A stretch of DNA of 64,000 bases from Octopus sinensis (taxonomy: Eukaryota): the NCBI RefSeq assembly GCF_006345805.1, contig NC_043004.1, forward strand, positions 39,122,001-39,186,000, written 5' to 3'. The translations under genes and the position numbers were made by a program. Positions 37,730-49,995 of this stretch are shown here, in pieces (the stretch's first letter is position 1; every line of letters starts with the position of its first letter). The notes below the pieces were generated by a model. The model made no database searches. It was not told the origin of the DNA and saw only the letters and a list, made by a program, of their open reading frames with translations.

Positions 37730-38151
37730 GGATCTTTTCGGTTTGAACGGCAGTTTTTTCTCGCGGTGTCATATGAAATTGTCACTCATAATTATGACCC
37801 TAGAATCGATCTATTGCATTTCAATCTCTTTTAGGGTTAGGGTTAGGATTAGGGGTGAAGGAAGGGTATCTTATTTCTTCACAAATGTAAATAAACCCAA
37901 TCTGTTTCTTAAACGAGGGACATATTCATACGGCACAGAATGCTTTTTAACTCAATAGACGTCACTGATTGGTTGAAATTGCAGAAATTGAAGAAAAAAA
38001 AACAACAAATATCTTACAAACTATAGAATTTTCTCAATAAACCCAAGAGTAAAAGATGTTTTATAAACACATTCTACCAGCATACGAAGTTTAAAATTTT
38101 TTAATTACCTAGAAATTATGTTAAAAACTACCGTTCAAACCGAAAAGATCC
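37730..38151 (+). mobile_element. ~420-bp MITE, TIR GGATCTTTTCGGTTTGAACGG, internal TTAGGG repeats; Merlin-like
   Basis: TIRs at both ends; flanks gatatatc / gatatgtc (8-bp TSD with 1 mismatch); copies at 56515 and 57391. Confidence 0.85.
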
Positions 38152-38929
38152 GATATGTCTTTGGTGTAAAAATAAACGTGCAGTGTCTGTCAGAATATTT
38201 ACGTCAAACCAGTTTTTGTATTGCTAGAAGCTATGTTTCTACTGTCTTTATACTGTTGCTGTTTTAGTTAACCTGATGTCATAATATCAAAAGCATTTTA
38301 GCCGTGGCCAACCTGTCGTTTTGTTTAAGACAGAATATACCTAGGATTACATTATCCAAACTATCATTATTAATTTTTTTTCTTTTAAGACGAAAGGTTG
38401 TAATACGAGAATATATGACTGCTGCTGTGAGTAAAATCTCTTGCCATGTAAGCAATTCAGAAGGAATGTTTTAGTTATTTATTAATAGATTTAATCCGTA
38501 AGGTTGCTTAGCGCTGTCTACCTCGAGTGATTTTAACACATTCCACTTTACTACAATTATTTGATCCCAATTTCCAGTTGTAGGATAACTTCGACTGTTT
38601 CTCTACATATCAGTTAGAAACATTTCATGAGGCTCCATTTGTGATTCGAACCTACTTCATTGGGCATCGTGTAAACTAATGCAACCAGTTCAATTCAGTT
38701 TATTCATACAAAACAGAAATCAGAATCTTGTCTCTGCTCCCTGGCAATTTACGACTTACTGTATCGGCGTCTTAATGTACTTAAACATGTATGAATTATT
38801 GTGTAACTGTAGTGAATAGAAGAGAAAGCAATAACAGGCTTTTCAATGAAATCATAAATTTAGCAGATGATGATGTGGCAGTTATTTCTATCTTATATTT
38901 TCTCTAGTTATACATATATGAGTGTGCGA

Positions 38930-39070
38930 GAGTATGTATGTATGTATGTAGGTATGTAAGCATGTATGTATGTATGTATGTATGTATGTATGTATGTATG
39001 TATGCATGCATGCATGTATGTTTGTATGTATGTATGTATGTATGTATGTATGTATGTATGTATGTATGTA
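38930..39070. repeat. (GTAT)n microsatellite
   Basis: Direct reading. Confidence 0.95.
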
Positions 39071-39437
39071 TACTTTAAAGAAGATTCAGAATAGGTAATG
39101 GCGGTGGTGGTGGTGAAAATACAATATTTTTTCATTCATATACATACTTTGAAGATCAAGTGAATCTTCGAAATATATACTATCCGATAAAATATCCAAC
39201 ATTACAAGAAAAAAAAAATGACTCACCAAGATAAATTTATCGTTATGTTTACATTTTACATTTGCAATTGATTTCCTTTCACCATTTCATCTTATTATTA
39301 CTATTATCATTATTATTAGCTATATCATACATGCGATCAATTTTTTCCCCCTATTCTATATACAACCAAACCATTTGATGACAAAAGTATTCTAGTACAG
39401 CAACATATATTTTGGGGAAACACATTCCTCGATTTTT

Positions 39438-39473
<36 letters not shown>

Positions 39474-41316
39474 TAGTCAGGAGATAGGACAGTAAATTTG
39501 ACGTGTTATGTTGCTTTTGATATTGTTGGGAAGGAGGGAGGAAGGAAAAGTGGTACCATCTATCGAGAATCCTAATCTTAATGTTTACAAAAGTGTGAAC
39601 CCTAGTAACTGCACCCGAGATGTCTAGAAGAGGTTGTTTAACCACGAAATGGGTTACGCTTACCTCTCAAACAGATCAAAGCGGGATTTAAACTCAGAAC
39701 ACCAGCAACGAGAACAAATTCTGCATGGCATCTGGACCCCGCATTCTTAGAGTTCCAGCAATCATCCACAAGGATGTAAGGTAAACTTCACCCTCAGGAG
39801 GATTTGAACTCAGATCGCAGACAGTATTAAAAACAATATGTGAAACACTGTCCGATGCAAATTTGCCGACTGTAAATCAGTTCGCCCCCTGTTTCATTCG
39901 GTCATTTTGTCGTCTCCTACTCCTCCGCTTATTCTTCAATATTATTCTTATTTTTCTTATTCAATTTATGCATTACGTTTTCTACTCATCCTTTTCCCCT
40001 GCTTCCTTTTCTCCTCCACCTTTTCTCCTTTTTCTCTTCCTATTTTTATTTCCTCCCCTTTTCTCCTCTTTTTTCGCCTTCTACTTCTCCACTTTCGTCT
40101 TCCCCAGCCTCCTCCATTTATCTTTACTTTTCATCTCCACCCTCATTTACGTAGTTTCTTTTATATCGTTTTCTTTTCCTTCTTGACATCTCAATTTTAG
40201 ATGAGAAAAATATGTACTTTCTTCCTCAATGAGCTTCTTTTTTTTTTTTTTTTTCATTTTCTTAATTTCTTTCTATAGCTTCTGCTAAAATCTCAACTCA
40301 CTCGAAGAAAAAAGAAGCGCAAACGAAATCTTAAAAAGAAAACTAATTGACTCTTCGTAAAAGTACGTTTTCTGTCGGATTGTATGAGTTATCAATTGCC
40401 TTCATATTATATACATCAACATATGTTACAAGTTGATGCCGTCACTCTTTTATGGCATCAATGAATATGATCAAATATGTACATAAGCAGCATATATGTG
40501 TGTCCTTGTGTCTATATTTACTGTCTAAATGTGTGTGTGTTTCTAGGCTGTTAGCAAATATTTCTCATAACATTTGCAAATACTGACTAAATTTGAGTTG
40601 GAATAAAGAGCTGTATTATGAACGGAATTTATAATTTTCTAGGAGTTATTGGGGGCGTACAGGAAAATCAAATATGACACGTCTTAAACTCGTCTTATTA
40701 GCTATCAGTAACGTAACTGTAGTCAACGTCGCACTGGTTTTTGAAATTAGTAAAAGGATGTTTATTTCAATAGATCCTATAGTTGACAGAACCGTTCTGA
40801 ATGTTCCGACATGTATTTATTTTGTTCACCACCAAATGTTTAAAAACATATATGGAAATAATATAGGAGAGTCGGTTTGAGGGTTGAAAATGCATCTCAG
40901 TCTTAAAACGAAATGTAGTTTTGATTTTCATTGACATGTTCATTAAAAAGCATACCGGTTTCCTCAATTTTTGCTTTCCATTGATAAATAAAGAAGTGAA
41001 AGAGCACCATTCGCTACAACATGATTCATATATCAAATGGTCAAACAAATTATTTATATTCAGTTAATTTCATGGTAATAGAAAATAAAAGTTCACCTGT
41101 TCGATGAATTTCATAAAACTTATACATACACAGTTGAGGTTCGGTTGCTCTCAAGTAATAAGTTATATAAACAATTAGATACGATGAAGGTTTAAAAGAG
41201 ACTGAAAAATATTATTTTTTAATTTCTGTCGTAGTGCATTAAGGAGAATTATTCATCATTGAGTTTGCTGTTTGATAACTGTTTAAAGCTGAAATTGCTT
41301 TATATATATATATATA

Positions 41317-41348
<32 letters not shown>

Positions 41349-41576
41349 ATAGAAATATTAAAATTACTAAGTCTCTCTAAAAGAGAACAACGGCAGCGTT
41401 CCCGGAAAATATTAGTTATCGCCATACTAATATGGCATTCTTATAAAAATAAGAAAAAGCTGACCGCTTATTAGCTCCATGAGGCCATCGCCTTAAGTTA
41501 GCTATTTGATACACAAACTGTATCCATATAACCTTTGAACAAGGGAGGTCAGTCGCTCCACACTACTTGGCCGGCA

Positions 41577-41618
41577 GCTACAGACGCGTTTCGGGGTATT
41601 GCCCCTTTTCAATGCAGC
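41577..41618 (-). ncRNA. Minimal type I hammerhead-like motif, U3-A8 core variant
   Basis: Minus strand gctgca TTGAAAA GGGG caata CCCC GAAACGCGTC tgtagc. Confidence 0.7.
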
Positions 41619-41938
41619 GTAGCCAAACCAGTAGGTGTCGCTTCCGACAATCTCTGTTCAAAGGTTTTATTTACCTAGCTTCGGTGGAATACATCCACTT
41701 GTTTTCAATAATAGAAATATTAAAATTACTAAGTCTCTCTAAAAGAGAACAACGGCAGCGTTCCCGGAAAATATTAGTTATCGCCATACTAATATGGCAT
41801 TCTTATAAAAATAAGAAAAAGCTGACCGCTTATTAGCTCCATGAGGCCATCGCCTTAAGTTAGCTATTTGATACACAAACTGTATCCATATAACCTTTGA
41901 ACAAGGGAGGTCAGTCGCTCCACACTACTTGGCTGGCA

Positions 41939-41980
41939 GCTACAGACGCGTTTCGGGGTATTGCCCCTTTTCAATGCAGC
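41939..41980 (-). ncRNA. Second copy of the U3-A8 hammerhead-like motif
   Basis: Identical motif 362 bp downstream. Confidence 0.7.
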
Positions 41981-42099
41981 GTAGCCAAACCAGTAGGTGT
42001 CGCTTCCGACAATCTCTGTTCAAAGGTTTTTTTACCTAGCTTCGGTGGAATACATCCACTTGTTTTCAATAATAGAAATATTAAAATTACTAAGTCGTT

Positions 42100-42410
42100 G
42101 TTTATGAAATGCGTGGAGTGTAGTGGAGACTACATAGGAAGAACGAGCTTGAATTTGAGAGACAAAATGATGGTATACAGGGAAGAGACTCGTGACCTCA
42201 CGACCAAGACAATTTTTTGTGAGTAAACATCCCAAATACCAAATTTTCCCTCTGTGTCAACACCTTGGAAACATTTAGCCCAATTCCAATTAAATAAGGA
42301 AAATGTGTTTACTAAGAAGTAGAAATCGCAACTAAATACTGTATAACAAGTACACTAGAATCAGAAAACTCAGTTTATTCCACTCAAGTGGAACCGACTA
42401 GAAACAACAA
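42100..42410 (+). pseudogene. Inverted duplicate of the Penelope-like GIY-YIG endonuclease segment
   Basis: MKCVECSGDYIGRTSLNLRDKMMVYREETRD; near-identical reverse complement at 43712-44021. Confidence 0.85.
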
Positions 42411-42462
42411 TTCGACCAAGCAGTATTCGGTATGTAAAAGGACCATTTACGGTAATTTGAAG

Positions 42463-43195
42463 TATTAATTTATAAAAATATGGTAAAGTAAAAACATTCA
42501 CTTTACCGCACACCGAACTTTTCAGAAATAGCAGCCAAAAATTTGGCTATTTCTTCAACTGCAAGTAAAAGTCTCCAGACAATGCATACTCAGAAAATAA
42601 CTCACATAGGTATAAGGGAAAAACAATGAAAGATCACATCCATATAAGATACCCGAGAACAGCCTGTTTCTGGATTCGTGGGTTAAACGATTAACAATTA
42701 ATTAATTCTACCCCTTTTTTACTGACAATATAATGCTTTCTCTCCAAGAATTTGAACTACAGTTTTCGCCTCTGTAGAAATGCACTACTCTATGACTCAC
42801 GTGGGTGGACAGGGAGAATAATAGATCTCATTTGTATTTTTGGATTCGCCAGTACTGGGTGTCCAACATAGTTTGTCCGATGTTACAGATATCGGATGGG
42901 TATGTTTGGTTCTTAGTATTTTCAAATCCAAATCAGAAGAAATCTCTGAGCTGATGAAGGAAAAGTGGCGTTTAACCCACGAATCCAGAAACAGGCTGTT
43001 CTCGGGTATCTTATATGGATGTGATCTTTCATTGTTTTTCCCTTATACCTATGTGAGTTATTTTCTGAGTATGCATTGTCTGGAGACTTTTACTTGCAGT
43101 TGAAGAAATAGCCAAATTTTTGGCTGCTATTTCTGAAAAGTTCGGTGTGCGGTAAAGTGAATTTTTTTACTTTACCATATTTTTATAAATTAATA
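42463..43195. mobile_element. Inverted-repeat element (~225-bp arms, 42463-42688 / 42970-43195); the right arm completes a hammerhead motif
   Basis: tattaatttataaaaatatggtaaag...ggattcgtgggttaaacg / cgtttaacccacgaatcc...ttataaattaata. Confidence 0.85.
42945..43006 (+). ncRNA. Type I hammerhead-like motif (CTGATGA core)
   Basis: Stem I TCTGAG/CTCGGG; CTGATGA 42951-42957; stem II GGA..GTGG/CCAC..TCC (A.A at the closing position); GAAAC-aggct-GT-T. Confidence 0.6.
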
Positions 43196-43699
43196 TATAA
43201 ATATATAAATATATAAATATATATATAGGTTTTCTAAAATATAGGTTCAAATTCTGGTTGTTCATCAATTCAACGACGTCACTTGTTTTTCGAATGTTCT
43301 AGTCCTATATTTTGGTTTGGCAGTAATTTAGCATCCTGGCTGGTTGACGTCATTTGTTTATCAGCTGTTTTGAACTCTTTTTTTTTCATATAACAAATAG
43401 TAATCCAGTTTCCGTTTAGGTGGCTTTCTGAATACGTCATTTCTTTATCAAATATTTTGGTCACTTGTTTATGTGTGACCGTTCTCCAACGTTTCGATTG
43501 ATTGCTTTCCTTAAGATGTATCTTGTATGGGTCACCTGTATGTTTATTTTTTGCCTTGGGAGTCCGGTTTTGATCAGGAAAAATTTAATTAGTTCAGCTT
43601 AGGATGTTATTACCAAATAGTGTAAAAAGTGTAAGTTGTAGTTATGCAGTAGTTTGGAGTTAGAATTTCGAATTCCTGAGGAAGCCCAGTACTTCAACT

Positions 43700-45640
43700 T
43701 TTGGTTTGTTGTTGTTGTTTCTAGTCGGTTCCACTTGAGTGGAATAACTGAGTTTTCTGATTCTAGTGTACTTGTTATACAGTATTTAGTTGCGATTTCT
43801 ACTTCTTAGTAAACACATTTTCCTTATTTAATTGGAATTGGGCTAAATGTTTCCAAGGTGTTGACACAGAGGGAAAATTTGGTATTTGGGATGTTTACTC
43901 ACAAAAAATTGTCTTGGTCGTGAGGTCACGAGTCTCTTCCCTGTATACCATCATTTTGTCTCTCAAATTCAAGCTCGTTCTTCCTATGTAGTCTCCACTA
44001 CACTCCACGCATTTCATAAACTGAATTTTTCAATGCACCATTGAAATGTAATTTTATTGTGAATATGTGTCGTGACTAAAATTTATACTGCGAACTTTTC
44101 AAGTGGTTGATACAGATTCCGTAATTAGAACGGTTATATTTTTTTATTGTTGGAGGATGTACTTTTCGGTGCATAATTTGACCCTAGTAAGTCTCTATAC
44201 CCTTCTGTGATTTTATGTTTTCTATTTTATTTCATTCGTAGGACGTTCATTAAAATAGGTGTATTCTGATGGATAATGTTCTATCCTTCTAATTTTCTTG
44301 TATTGTGTGTCGATAGATAAGGTTAGCTATTGAGTGAATCAGCAAGGTTTTTTTTTTTTTGTTTTTCTTAATTCTTGGATTTCTATCCCTTCTGCGTGTT
44401 CTGTCACATTATTGATAAAACTGATAGACTGTTGTTTTTCGAGAAATATATTTCTAAGTTCATGGATTCGTTTCTGTCGAGTCTCGGGATTGGATACATT
44501 TCTGCAGATTCTTTGTGCCTGATTAAAAGGTATATTGATTTTCGTACGCTTTGGATGACAGGAAGAAAGAAGCAGATATTCTTTTATGTTTAGATATTCT
44601 CTTCTTATGATCAGGATGTCCAGTAAGAGTAGCTATTTTTTTATTACATCTAATTGTGAATACGATACCGTGGTTCATATTATTAAGTTTTTACCCACAA
44701 GAATTGATCTAGACTCTGTTACCAGCGGATCAAATAATCGTCCAGGTAGCGTTTCTAATTGATGCGTAGGCATTTATTGAAATTATCGCTAGATTTAAGT
44801 CTGGCCTGCTCGTCTATTTGGACTTCTATTTTCCCATAACAACGTTCGCCAATGTGGAGTTACCATCGTCCCCATCGCAGTCCCAGATATTTTTCGGTAT
44901 ATGTTATCTTTGAAATTAAATATGTCATTTTGTAGGATGAATTTTACTCCTTCAATGATAAATCCTTTCTAATTTCCTTCAAGTAATTTGTTTGGGAATT
45001 TTCTCGGCGGGAATTGTATAGCTTCAGTCTCGTATTCGTGTAGAATCTGGTTTTACATACTTCTTTCATTGAATCACACAAACAGGTCGCCCTTACTGAT
45101 TTTCTTTACGTTTAGCATTTCTCGTGTGTGGTGTTAACTGGTGTCTCCGAATTAGGGAGCTCTTGAATCGAAAATGAGAGCGGTTTCTCTTTATTCCGAT
45201 GAGGTTCTCTCTAAAAGCTAAGGGGTCTGTATCACTTTCCACGTGTCCTTGAGTAAGAATATTTTGTGTTAAGGTTATTTCTTTTTGTTTTGTGCTTGAA
45301 AGTGTTATTTTTCTCTTTAGATGTTCTGTATCAGCTTTGTGTCTTTGATGATCGTTTAGCTTGCTTTTTGTCAACGGCATCACTGTTTGCGTGTAAGATT
45401 TCCGATGTGCCATTCTATTTAAGAACTGATTCTCAAATCCATACGGTTCTTTACTTGTTGCTTCAATAGTGACTAAACCAATCATTATTTTTCCCCACCT
45501 ATCAAGAGCTATTAAGCATTCATTCACTTAATCATGTTACCAGATTTCGGCAATGCTATTAAATAGCTCTTCTTCGACCTTCTTAGAGATTTTCACCTCC
45601 ATCTCTTCACAAATTGTTTTTAGTTTTCACTCCTGCAAAT
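43700..45640 (-). pseudogene. Decayed Penelope-like element: RT followed by C-terminal GIY-YIG endonuclease
   Basis: Minus strand with frameshifts/stops: KGRPV; FILQNDIFNFKDNIYRKISGTAMGT; KRYLDDYLIRW (YLDD 44737-44748); LLLLDILII; YLLLSSCHPKRTKINIPFNQAQRICR; KCVECSGDYIGRT. Confidence 0.9.
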
Positions 45641-45659
45641 AAGCCCCCAGTCTTAGGAT

Positions 45660-45930
45660 TTCTTTCTTTTAGTTGTGTAGCGATTTGACTGCGGCCATGT
45701 TGGGGCACCGCCTTGAAGGGGTTTAGTCGAACAAATTCCCCCAGGACTTATTTTTGTAAGCTTGGTCTTTACGTATAGTTCTCTTTTGCAGAATCACTGA
45801 GTTATGGGGACGTAAACACACCAACACAGTCTATTAAGCGGTGGTGATGGGAGAAATTAGATGCAAATCTACACACATACATACGCACACACATACACGC
45901 ACATACACACACAAACACACACATACATGC

Positions 45931-45961
<31 letters not shown>

Positions 45962-46035
45962 CGACAGGATTCTTTCAGTTTCCCTTTGGACAGCCCGAGG
46001 CAATAGAAAAAGACACTTGCCCAATTACCACGCAC
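45660..46035 (-). mobile_element. Degraded, internally deleted family-A SINE
   Basis: atttgactgcggccatgttggggcaccgcc...ggggacgtaaacacacc...gcccgaggcaatag. Confidence 0.75.
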
Positions 46036-46087
46036 TGTGTGTATGTGCTTGTGTGTGTGTTTGTGTGTGTGTGTGCGCGCGTGTGTG

Positions 46088-46121
<34 letters not shown>

Positions 46122-46499
46122 CGCGCGTGTGTGTATGTGTGTGTGTATGTTTGTGTGTGTGTGTGTGTGTTTGTGAGTGTACATCCGTAGATGTGTGCAT
46201 TGTGATTGAATACAGGACAGTATAGTTGTTACACAAGCCAATTAACCACATGTTTTAAAAATTTCTATTTTCAATAACGATCAAATTCAAACTGAGAATC
46301 ATTAATGACGCCATTCTACCATATTAATTTCTCGCTATAATAAAGCGGAGAATAAATATGTTTAATGTAAATGAGTACATATAATTATGAGGCTATGAAA
46401 ATAAAAACCCTAATTAACGGAACCTCATTAACATTAATGATAATTCTTGACAACAAAGACGAGAAAACCTGAAATCCAAGCTAATTAAAATTTAAAGGA

Positions 46500-47540
46500 A
46501 GGCATTCAGTTTTCAGTGAATCTGATATTTGGTAATTTCGGTGACGATTCAAATATAATTAGGTTTTATGAGGCATCATCAGTAAAGTATATCGTACTTA
46601 CCGTATCTAAAAATGACGATAGAAATATATAAATAGTATTGAGTTAAATAAACATTCACTGTTCGTGCAGAGGATATACTAACAGAAATATTTCCTATGA
46701 GTGTATTCCGAAAAAAGAAAATATTTAGTGAGCAGGTAATTGAATTTTAATCGACTGCAGTTACACACTTAATGAGAAGAAACATCAAGAGAGTGATAAT
46801 TTCTGTCCAGAAAGACAAACGGCTCAAAATTATAATACAATTTGATTAAACTTGTAATTGAAATGGGTAGTAAATTTAAACTTTTGGTGATAATTCGTTT
46901 GTTAATAACTTCTTCTAAGGATACTTTAGATGTACTTGAATAACAAGTGCTTCGATCCGAGATATTGTGCTGAAACTAGCCCTCCAGAAATACATATAAA
47001 GACCATCAACTTCAATTAAACATTTATTTGTAGTATAGTGTCATAAATTTTGGTCGCTCGAAACTGCGACCTGTTCACTAACAAAATATTCTGCAAACTT
47101 TTGACGCAAAAGTTTTTGATAGTAAACGGGACCCAGTCTCGAGCGACGGGTTTCCTATGTTTCTGCATGGTCAACTCATGTCTTCCACGATGTAATCGCA
47201 ATAATTTCTTACATTAATTAAAATTCCACTAATTTTCAGAGCAGATTTTAGTTGATATAATGTGTCCAGGTACATGATTATAATTTATTTCCTGTGCATC
47301 GAAGGATCAAAACTGAAGTTAATCCATCTGGATTTCCTCACCTGGGATAGAGGGATAAAACCACCTCTTCCGTTATCAAGTGCCACACATTCTTGACCAA
47401 TAATACTGACTATATGAAGAAGAAATTCAGTGGCAGAAATATTTGAGTAAATATCAAATTACTCATCCATGTATTATGTAGATACATCGTCAAAAGTCAA
47501 TTTACTGCGACAATTATCCAGAGATAACATCTCTTGTGGA
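46500..47540 (-). pseudogene. Heavily decayed non-LTR RT domain
   Basis: Minus strand, in expected order: LDNCRSKLTFDDV..FLLHIVSII..DNGRGGFIPL (region 1-like), DPS..NY.., EQVAV (EQAGF-like), LFNSILFIYF, YFTDDAS (FADD-like, 46572-46589). Many stops. Confidence 0.5.
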
Positions 47541-48098
47541 CGTGCTATGTTTACAAGCACAATATATATATAAGAGGGATATGAATATTGACCAATCATC
47601 GGCTAACGAGGACGGCAGATTCATTTCGGCCTTCTTGGGCTTTATCAGTGGTGTGTACGCAAAGACAATCATTCTTAGACGAGATTTGCCGTCACCGATG
47701 TATTGGAAACAGCAAATAAGACTTTCACTGGTATCAATATACTTAATGTTTCTCTGAAATTACTTCTGTAGTACACTGTTTAGTAAGAAGTGTAAAACTC
47801 TGAGGCAAATTAATACTGCTTGTATTGCATATAGCAAGTATCAAATTATAATTTAATTTCTCTCAATGTAGAGAGAGAAAATTTGACAGAGAGGGGAAGG
47901 TGGGGAAGATAAAGGAGGAGGAGGTATTTATTATTAACCAATATTCCTAAATGATGAAAGGTAAAGTTGACCTCTGATCTCCGCAGCATCTGAAATGAAA
48001 GCTCGCAGTACCGGAACGAATACTGCGTGGCTTTCTATATGTCACAAACGATTGACCAAGTCGTCTCCTAAACATGCACTAATATTTATTGTATTCAA

Positions 48099-48645
48099 GG
48101 CGGCGAGCTGACAGAAAGGTTAGCACGCCGGGCAAAATGCTTAGCGGTATTTCTTTCTGAGTTCAAATTCCGCCGAGGTCGACTTTGCCCTTCATCCTCT
48201 CGGGGTTGATAAATTAAGTACCGGTTACGCACTAGGGTCGATGTAATCGACTTAATCCGTTTGTCTGTCCTTGTTTGTCTCTTCTGTGTTTAGCCCCTTG
48301 TGGGTAGTAAAGGAATAGGTATTTCGTCTGCCGCTACGTTCTGAATTCCAATTCCGCCGAGGTCGACTTTGCCTTTCATCCTTTCGGGGTCGATAAATTA
48401 AGTACCAGTTACATACTGGGGTCGATATAATCGACTTAATCCGTTTGTCTGTCCTTGTTTGTCTCTTCTGTGTTTAGCCCCTTGTGGGTAGTAAAGAAAT
48501 GTATTTCGTCTATCTTTACGTTCTGAGTTCAAATTCCGCCGCGGTCGACTTTGCCTTTCATCCTTTCGAGGTCGATAAGTTAAGTAACAATTGCGTACTG
48601 GAATCGATCTAATCGACTAGCCCCTCCCCAAGGATTTCGGGCCCT
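48099..48645 (+). mobile_element. Family-B SINE: head, two full internal units and a third short-tail unit
   Basis: Units start at ~48147, 48319 and 48501. Confidence 0.9.
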
Positions 48646-49164
48646 TGAAAAGAATATTTATTGAATTCAAAACGTCAGTTCATTTTAAATGCGTGGCAAT
48701 TCTCATCATTACAAGTTCAATGTCAATATACTTAATGTTTTCTCTGAAATTACTTCTGTAGTTCAATGTTTAGTAAGAAGTGTAAAACTCTGTAGGATGG
48801 TTACTTTTGAGTGACTAGCATAGCATTCTTTCGAAGAGGAGAGGTATCCCTGTTTCTTCTTAAACTACAGAAGTAAGAGCTAAGCTTCTAAATTCCATTT
48901 AGAATGTGTGATTTATGAAACTATTATTTTTACGATCTCAATAAAAACATTTGCTTAATCTTCGTTTTATCACTGATCAAATTTATTACGTTAGAATTAA
49001 ATAAATCCAAGCAAATGATAAATGAGAGTTAACAAGATAATTGCAAATCGTAGCAATGGCGGTAGGTGATAGCAAATTAAGAGTAAACAAAAAGTAAAAG
49101 TAATTAAAATCTATCTATAGATACACTAAATTATCATCAGAAATATTCTTTTCTACTGTAGGCA

Positions 49165-49530
49165 CAAAGCTCGAATTTTTGCGTGAGAGGCCAGATTAGA
49201 TCGATCCCAGTATGCAAATGATACTTAATGTATCGACCCCGAAAGGATGAAAAGCAAAGTCGACCTCGGTGGAATTTGAACTTAGAACGTAACGGCAGAC
49301 GTAATACCTACTTCTTTACTACCCACAAGGGGCTAAACACAGAGAGGACAAGCAAGACAGACAAACGGATTAAGTCGATTATATCGATCCCCCAGTGCGC
49401 AACTGGTACTTAATTTATCGACCCCGAAAGGATGAAAGGCAAAGTCGACCTCGGCGGAATTTGAACTCAGAACGTAAAGACAGACGAAATATCGCTGAGC
49501 GTGCTAACGTTTCTGGCAGCTCGTCGCCCT
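49165..49530 (-). mobile_element. Family-B SINE: head, one full unit and a short-tail unit
   Basis: ..ctggcagctcgtcgcc head at ~49515-49530; two gtcgacctcgg.ggaatttgaact blocks. Confidence 0.85.
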
Positions 49531-49864
49531 TACCATCAGAAATACTGAAGAAGCTTCATCTAAAGAGAAGATAACCCAAGTGAATGGGGGTATTTAATCT
49601 TGATGGTGTTCCAAAAGTAATTCCACCGCATATAACCATACTTGGGAATATTTTAAACCTGGGACATACACTTTCACAGCCTAAATACCGCTGATATCTT
49701 CCAAAGAGAAAAAGGATTCTCAACACAATGAGTGGTCTGCTGCATTACTTATCGGCGCCGAAATTATAAAAACTGAGCGCGGTGGATCTTCAAATCAGAG
49801 TACAGAGCCGAAACGGAAACGGGAAGGCTTTCTATCCGATAATTAGTTCAAACCACCAGCCTGG

Positions 49865-49875
49865 CATTGTTGTTG

Positions 49876-49906
<31 letters not shown>

Positions 49907-49995
49907 TGTTGTTGTTGTTGTCGTTGTTGTCGTTGTCGTTGTCGTTGTTGTTGTTGTTGTTGTTGTTGTGGAGGAGAAGGAGGAGGAGGAGGAGC
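49865..49995. repeat. (GTT)/(GCT)/(GGA) microsatellite
   Basis: Direct reading. Confidence 0.9.

Larger units (their letters stand above)
41347..42096 (-). repeat. Tandem array of ~2.07 x 362-bp near-identical units, each with a hammerhead-like motif (pLTR/retrozyme-like)
   Basis: Units start taatagaaatattaaaattactaagtc at 41347, 41709 and 42070; ~2 differences between full units. Confidence 0.92.

Noticed and set aside
37823-37858. TTAGGG tracts as a telomere or fusion site
   Set aside because: Only 2-4 units and always internal to the same MITE family.
40700-41050. Possible further Penelope-like thumb/GIY-YIG relic (minus strand)
   Set aside because: Only faint motif similarity (IYVFK); needs an HMM search.
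43480-43520. Minus-strand CTTAAGGA...CGAAACGTTG in the Penelope-like 3' region
   Set aside because: Core too degenerate to call a ribozyme.
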